Below are positions 59,501 through 64,000 of a DNA stretch of 64,000 nt, in pieces. Source of the DNA: Coraliomargaritaceae bacterium (GTDB taxonomy: Bacteria; Verrucomicrobiota; Verrucomicrobiia; Opitutales; Coraliomargaritaceae); assembly GCA_965656495.1 (NCBI GenBank), contig CBFHKU010000003.1, positions 127,803-191,802 on the forward strand. The letters are read 5' to 3'. The notes under the pieces are model-generated. The model saw nothing but the letters and a program-made list of their open reading frames with translations. It had not been told where the DNA came from and did not search any database. The position numbers and the translations under genes were made by a program. Position 1 is the stretch's first letter, and every line of letters starts with the position of its first letter.

Positions 59501-60036
59501 GCTTTGGTGAGCAGACGTGCCGCTGCCAGTTTGGGCACCGCTTTTTTGTCGTTCGGGATGGGGAGGCCGCCTTCGGCGACGTGAAAGACGCCCTTGGTGG
59601 TGCGGCGGTCGCTTTTGGGATTATGGAGGACGCCCTGCTGAATACGGTAGGAATCAATGATGTCAGAGCTGAAGTGATCCTTGCTAGCGGGGAGCGAGAG
59701 GGTACGCGCCACGCCGTGGCGGTCGAGGATGAGCGTGAGGGTCGGCAGGTGTGGGATTTCCGCGAGGTCGAGATCCGAGAAATACTCCATCAGGAAACTT
59801 TGAATGCGTTGGTCACAGGGAGGGAGATAGTCGGCGAGGAGTCGTGACTTTTCCTGGTAACTGGCAAGCAGGGAGCGATTCAAGTCGTAGAAATCAGAGT
59901 TATCGAGTTCGCCATAGGTGGGCTGCCCAATCGAGCTGAGTTTCAGGTTCACGTATTCGAGAAGGGCGGCCCGGTCGAACGTGGAAGCGGCGGTTTTGGG
60001 ATCGAGCCCAAGCTGTGTTTTGAAGTCAGTTTTCAT
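56575..60036 (-). CDS. Probable PPi-dependent phosphoenolpyruvate carboxykinase
   Basis: 1153 aa; DRRTTKGVFH, ADNYFGYCKKEVKTQI, EEEHAGG, CHKPSTVSGGGKSEISKS, GKSPSTTGAGSEGALTK; recalled as conserved in the Entamoeba/Propionibacterium PPi-PEPCK family. Confidence 0.85.
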   Translation of the reverse strand: MKTDFKTQLGLDPKTAASTFDRAALLEYVNLKLSSIGQPTYGELDNSDFYDLNRSLLASYQEKSRLLADYLPPCDQRIQSFLMEYFSDLDLAEIPHLPTLTLILDRHGVARTLSLPASKDHFSSDIIDSYRIQQGVLHNPKSDRRTTKGVFHVAEGGLPIPNDKKAVPKLAAARLLTKALNPPATLRELPFLAHEDTPAKSWVSLLLRPVVIPEVEGFISEKRLEVRFFAPGNLVSNLDFVESIFGNGGDPFLASNDAGLDPEHWTGHSGCVILAPHLIGTTKKELGLPKVSEATERQKRDGMCWEKEDELYNEGGAFKITCRDASGRVVTAIADNYFGYCKKEVKTQIGFSANLHGLAEEEHAGGTLAFTGYDLGEDFRLSRFFEEVNQTFDGLVARSIDAIDLQPEGYAIDKTYRDIIYLPEDAHIELNKQSIRWTKDGEAQQIKLLPRHTYVLPSGYKVEMIKPAEGRRWRLVGYTAESRVCHKPSTVSGGGKSEISKSISDAIITGPVFVSDFEKDFALAEAIIDRDYGDRFRDLYDEKPPSRPLLSPERSLGSVIKLLTPSETVYSDAYNEWVESIPQHVKELVLIIKRFYKDDWGKDWRQRFSVDLINGEPGNILRYRGTPMITQYLRVGYTDNGSWRTFGLRKDFMPATKISLEDDITASVVVPSEAIQHLPVGWTAPSAKFVHNCEFRFFQRPDDAIIRGYDTQAEIDLSSHGSFLSNYEPLERDHARHEIEDAIRYEQYTEPMQDLIREFHAASSGDYYATNAFPRMVDGKPTKNPRYLQVRPDLRNIRATYLADMSTRLFRRQDLKSQLLRPVTSILPGRRNNPAEPEAGVKPLCTFNPIHYMELPELFMEFIASITGKSPSTTGAGSEGALTKAPFNALPPIYDLNNALVAFLATEQPAFITAAGYVGPHCRVDHDISLLVPEIWCRLRPEEADPQWLMEHEYLDKIEDFEYEGKTVKASLLGYRINAKFVRIFFARVFNNPDSVLTEEMLKPELQDMATFVEGMETILAAHREVAQNYFEDGSVEQACPPLRALLHIMAHGEYKGQTLESPELRGMFTREAMLASDWYQARLKSQQDHDVKAWEGHVNYLEHFLKKDSHHSIAAELRIEERLRAAKDRLEQVSQTGYPDELIGSIGRQPLD

Positions 60037-60110
60037 ATTTTCGGTATTTTCTTAGACTTGGTAAAGCGTATGCAAGAAAGGTTCAAAAGTGCAAAGCATG
60101 ATTCATGCAC

Positions 60111-60136
60111 AAAAGCCGCACGGGAGAGCGGCTTTT
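60111..60136 (-). terminator. Probable terminator after the pta pair
   Basis: AAAAGCCGC-(8 nt)-GCGGCTTTT, starting a few bp past the stop at 60143. Confidence 0.6.
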
Positions 60137-60142
60137 AAGAAA

Positions 60143-61342
60143 TTAAATCTCCATTGCCGGGAGCGGCATGGTTTGCGCTCCGAAAGCATTCTGAATCGCA
60201 TCCAGATCGACGTTTTCAGTGATCAGGCTTTTGATGATGGAAATCTTGTCTTCGTCGGATGGAAGGGTCTTGACTGTCATGTTATTTATTTTTGAAGCGA
60301 CGTGGTAGCTTTCTTGTTCGCAGATAATAACGGGGATTTGGGTCTGTTGAATCATTTCCATCAATTTCGGGTGCGGCATGACGTTGCGGGTCAGGATCAG
60401 GCCTGCGACGGCGCGTTTCTTGGCGAGCCCTTCGGCGGCGATAATGGATAAAATGATGTCTTCGCGGTCACCGGGGGTAACGATCAAGACCCCGGGTTCG
60501 AGGTATTCGACAAGGCCCTTGGCTGCCATCGCGCCGATGATGACACGTTCGAAGCGGTTGTTTTTATTTTCCTCGAAGGCGTTGATCCAATTGGCGTCCA
60601 GTTCCTGGGCGACCTGCTGCAGACTGGGAACCCCGAGTTGTTCCTCAATGGGGATGCAACCGAGCAGAGGAATGCCCATGCGATCAAGGGCGCGGCCGCA
60701 GTAATGCTGGATGTCATCCATTTTGTCCGGAATAACCTTGTTGATGATGGCTCCGATGACTTCAACTCCGGCTTGTTGAAAAAGGCTCTGATTCAGTGCG
60801 ATTTCGTCAACCGGGCGCCCGATGCCTCCGCTCGCGACGATGATGACCTTGGCGTTGAGACGCCGCGCGACCTGTGCGTTGGAGAGATCGAAGACCGCAC
60901 CCACCCCGGCATGCCCGGTGCCTTCAATAATGACATAGTCTTTTTCGTAGGCGGCACGGTCGAAGGCGCGACACATGCGGTCGATCTGAACTTTTTTCTT
61001 CTGCTCGGGATCGTTCAGAAATTCACGGGTGTAGGTCGGATGAATGGAAATGGGGCTCATCGCCTCGATGGGAATATCCACATCAAAGATGGAATCGAGC
61101 AGGACGGAGTCCTCGTCTATTTGTTGCCCGTCCACTTCAATGAAACGCTGGCCAACGGGCTTGATGAAGCCGACTTTGCTGGTGCGGGTTCGCAGGGCCG
61201 CAAAGAGCGCCAGACTGGTGGTGGTTTTCCCGTCGTTCATGCGGGTCGCCGCGATAAAAATACGTTTGGTGGACGTATTCCTCGGCGCACTGAGCAATTC
61301 GGTGTCGTTTTTCTCGCGCGGGAACTGCTTTGCTTTACCCAT
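60143..61342 (-). CDS. Stand-alone Pta N-terminal-like protein (BioD-like P-loop + DRTGG)
   Basis: DGKTT, GFIKPVG, IIEGTGH, IINK, VTPGDREDII. Confidence 0.85.
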   Translation of the reverse strand: MGKAKQFPREKNDTELLSAPRNTSTKRIFIAATRMNDGKTTTSLALFAALRTRTSKVGFIKPVGQRFIEVDGQQIDEDSVLLDSIFDVDIPIEAMSPISIHPTYTREFLNDPEQKKKVQIDRMCRAFDRAAYEKDYVIIEGTGHAGVGAVFDLSNAQVARRLNAKVIIVASGGIGRPVDEIALNQSLFQQAGVEVIGAIINKVIPDKMDDIQHYCGRALDRMGIPLLGCIPIEEQLGVPSLQQVAQELDANWINAFEENKNNRFERVIIGAMAAKGLVEYLEPGVLIVTPGDREDIILSIIAAEGLAKKRAVAGLILTRNVMPHPKLMEMIQQTQIPVIICEQESYHVASKINNMTVKTLPSDEDKISIIKSLITENVDLDAIQNAFGAQTMPLPAMEI

Positions 61343-61347
61343 TTCGC

Positions 61348-62415
61348 CTAAAGGACGGTCACATCTTCGTTGAGGGTGTCACCGTCGGTCGGATAGAGGA
61401 GTTGGTGATCAATTGCCTGCGAGGCGATCATAACAGCGGTGCCAAAGATATCATTGGCGGTGGCGCCCCGGCTGATTTCAGCCGCCGGGCGGGTCAGCCC
61501 GGTGAGGATCGGGCCGTAGGTGCGGGCGCGGGTTAGGACATCGACCATCTTGGAAGCGATGTTGGCGGAATGGAGGTCCGGGAAGATAAGGACGTTGGCT
61601 TTGCCTGGAACGGAGCCTTGCAACTGCTTGGCCTTCGCCACGAAGGGGTCGAGGGCGGCGTCCACTTGAAGCTCGCCGTCGATTTCCATGGGGATCTCGA
61701 GTTCCTTGGCTTTTTGGCGGGCGAGTTCGGTGGCGGCTTTCATTTTAACGACGCCTTCATTTTTACTGGAAATGCTTTTGCTGGTATAGCTGAGGAGGGC
61801 GACGCGGGGTTTCTGGTTGGTAAGGTGGTAAGCGAGGGCGGCGGTATTGACTGCGATATCGCAGATTTGAGCGCTGTCGGGATTGGGTATAACGGCGCAG
61901 TCCGCGAGGAAGAGGACGCGGTCCTTGCCGGTCTCGGGTTCCTGCAGGTCAAAAATATTGAGGGAGGAAACGCTATTGGCCTTTTCCTGCCGTTGTATGA
62001 TTTGCAGGAGGGGACGCAGGGCGCTGGAAGCGGTGACCGTCGCGCCGGACAGCATCGCATCGGCCTGAGCGGTGGCGAGCATCAGGGTGGCGAAGTAATT
62101 ATTATTGTCGAGGTAGGCTTCGGTTTCCTTCTCGGTGAGGCCCTTGAAGCGGCGCAGACCTTGGAACTTGCTTACAAAGCCCTCGTATTCGCTGCTGCGG
62201 CGCGGTTCAATGATACGGATGTGCTCGAGGTTGATATCGAGGGCCGCGGCATTTTTCTTAATTTCAGCGCGGTCGCCCAGCAGGATCGGAATGCCCAGTT
62301 GTTGCGTGGCAAACATCCGGGCAGCCTGAAGGATGCGCTCATCGGCACCTTCGGGAAAAACAACGCGCTTGGGATGGCGTTTCAGTCGCTCGGTTAAATT
62401 CGTGATTAATGGCAT
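61348..62415 (-). CDS. pta: Phosphate acetyltransferase catalytic domain (PTA_PTB)
   Basis: KRVVFPEG.D.RIL.AA, ADCA, VALLSY, DGELQVDAA, ANVLIFPDL, GPIL.GL..P..ISRG; start at MPLITN. Confidence 0.85.
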   Translation of the reverse strand: MPLITNLTERLKRHPKRVVFPEGADERILQAARMFATQQLGIPILLGDRAEIKKNAAALDINLEHIRIIEPRRSSEYEGFVSKFQGLRRFKGLTEKETEAYLDNNNYFATLMLATAQADAMLSGATVTASSALRPLLQIIQRQEKANSVSSLNIFDLQEPETGKDRVLFLADCAVIPNPDSAQICDIAVNTAALAYHLTNQKPRVALLSYTSKSISSKNEGVVKMKAATELARQKAKELEIPMEIDGELQVDAALDPFVAKAKQLQGSVPGKANVLIFPDLHSANIASKMVDVLTRARTYGPILTGLTRPAAEISRGATANDIFGTAVMIASQAIDHQLLYPTDGDTLNEDVTVL

Positions 62416-62569
62416 ATGATACGTAGAGATGGCAGTTTTTGTGCCAATAGGCAAGCAGTATGGTTTTTGTAAAAGTCGATTATTCAGGCCAAGGGGAAGT
62501 TTCCGGACCGAAAGGATAGCATTGTGCTCCTGCGCGGAATGACCTTTGCTGGCGTCAAGGAGTGTTAGG

Positions 62570-64000
62570 ATGAGTGAACTAAGAAAGATTGCATCGGTCA
62601 GCCTGCCCACGATTGGATCGCGGGTGCTGGGCTTGGTGCGCGATATTTTTCTTTTTGCATCACTGGGGGCGGGGGTATGGAGCTCCGCGTTTATTTTGGC
62701 GTTTACGCTCCCGAACCTCTTTCGTCGCCTCCTGGGAGAGGGTGCCTTGACCTCCGCTTTTGTCCCGGTCTTCTCCGGATCGCTGGAACGCGATGGCAAG
62801 GCCGGAGCCTTTGCATTTTTCAACCGTATTTTCCTGCGCCTTTCCCTGATCCTGCTGGCCCTCGTTTTGGCGGGCATCATTGTGCTGAAGCTATTGATCT
62901 GGAGCGGGGTGCTCACCGGTCGCTGGGTGACCAGCGCGGATTTGGCGGTCTGGCTCTTGCCCTATACTTTTTTCATCTGCCTCGCCGCGCTCGCAACCGC
63001 CGCCCTCAATGTATTGGGGCGATTTTTTGTCGCCGCCAGTACCCCGATTTTCCTGAACCTTTGCATGATTGGGGCCTTGCTCCTCGGGAGCCTCTGGTTT
63101 GAGGGGCAAAGAGCGGTGGTCTATTGTCTTTGCGGCGGGGTACTCCTCGGTGGAATGCTGCAATTGGCGCTTCCCTTGCTGGATTTGAAACACGCGGGTT
63201 GGCGTCCGCAGGTCACCCAAACCCACCGGTCAGAAATGCGCGAACTCTGGCAGCTCCTGTTGCCGGGCTTATTGGGGGCGGCGGTCTTACAGATCAACAT
63301 ACTGGTATCACGGCTTCTGGCATTTGGCTTAAACGAGGGTGCCGCCGCAGTGCTCTATATGTCCGGTCGTTTAATGGAGCTACCCCTGGGCGTATTTATC
63401 TTTGCGGTGGTTACGGTTTTCTTTCCGCAGATGGCGCGCGCCCGCGCCGCCGACAAGCCCTCGGTTTTCAATGAGCGTTTTCTTTCGGGAATGATCCTCG
63501 TTTTGGCGGTCTCGGTTCCGGCGGGGATGGGCCTCCTGGTTTTGGCGAAGCCGATCCTCGCAACTTTGTTTGAATGGCAGGCTTTTGGAGCGGGTGATGT
63601 TTTGCGAACCGCGCCGCTGGTTGCGATTTACGGCCTGGGGCTCCCGTTTTACTCGGTCGCAACCTTTGCGACGCGCGGCTTGCACGCCGACAAGGAAATG
63701 CGCGCCCCGGTCCGGGTGGCGGTGATCTGTCTTTTTGCAAATCTCCTCCTCGCGCTGGCCTTGATGTTTTGGATGGGGGAGCAGGGCCTCGCGCTGGCAA
63801 ATGTCCTCGCGGCGCTCATTCAGTCGGTCCTCTTATTGCGCGCCCTCAAGGAGCGGCACCCCCAATTGCATTTGCGCACCCTGGTTCTGCCGCTCTTTAA
63901 AATCGTGCTCGCAGCGGGCATCATGGGATTGGTTTGCTATCTTTTCAAAGGACTGCCGGCGCACCTGGGTCTGGAACCAAAACTGGCGGCTATTACGGTG
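62570..64000 (+). CDS. murJ: Lipid II flippase MurJ (3' end runs off window)
   Basis: Manual translation from ATG 62570: MSELRKIASVSLPTIGSRVLGLVRD..AF.LPNLFRRLLGEGALTSAFVP..RLMELPLG. Confidence 0.93.
   Translation, partial: MSELRKIASVSLPTIGSRVLGLVRDIFLFASLGAGVWSSAFILAFTLPNLFRRLLGEGALTSAFVPVFSGSLERDGKAGAFAFFNRIFLRLSLILLALVLAGIIVLKLLIWSGVLTGRWVTSADLAVWLLPYTFFICLAALATAALNVLGRFFVAASTPIFLNLCMIGALLLGSLWFEGQRAVVYCLCGGVLLGGMLQLALPLLDLKHAGWRPQVTQTHRSEMRELWQLLLPGLLGAAVLQINILVSRLLAFGLNEGAAAVLYMSGRLMELPLGVFIFAVVTVFFPQMARARAADKPSVFNERFLSGMILVLAVSVPAGMGLLVLAKPILATLFEWQAFGAGDVLRTAPLVAIYGLGLPFYSVATFATRGLHADKEMRAPVRVAVICLFANLLLALALMFWMGEQGLALANVLAALIQSVLLLRALKERHPQLHLRTLVLPLFKIVLAAGIMGLVCYLFKGLPAHLGLEPKLAAITV

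Noticed and set aside
58579..59847. 422-aa antisense ORF (similarly 53966-54811, 57181-58038, 16210-16974)
   Set aside because: Shadow ORFs opposite well-supported genes, expected at high GC; no recognisable motifs.
62416..62916. 167-aa N-terminal extension of Pta in the ORF track
   Set aside because: It overlaps the divergent murJ start; the PTA domain begins at MPLITN.

Overview
This window is chromosomal DNA from a GC-rich bacterium, most likely Verrucomicrobiota (Opitutae/Puniceicoccales-like). That assignment is inferred from gene content, including an Akkermansia Amuc_1098-1102-like pilus locus. The housekeeping backbone includes ruvB (partial), murA, a dimeric dUTPase, prlC, a cysteine desulfurase, recF, metX-metW, an RND efflux triad, HPr, an ABC exporter, tRNA-Ile2(CAT), rpmH-rnpA-yidD-yidC, yebC, a PPi-type PEP carboxykinase, a split Pta and murJ (partial). 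Five things stand out. (1) A type IV pilus/T2SS-like machine is encoded in two complementary blocks (11.1-18.0 kb with the secretin; 25.3-33.1 kb with pilins, ATPase and platform), each followed by a subtilase. The larger subtilase ends in a putative verrucomicrobial C-terminal sorting tail. (2) A four-helix-bundle (IVP-like) gene sits between 8-nt-periodic inverted repeats inside a phasin-like/UbiB gene pair. (3) A glucosylglycerate operon fuses the synthase (GpgS) in frame to the catabolic GH13_18 phosphorylase. (4) The tRNA 3' end is duplicated in a 67-bp direct repeat. (5) Local G/C strand-skew flips appear centred on repeat-rich sites. All calls come from reading motifs by eye; no database searches were run.
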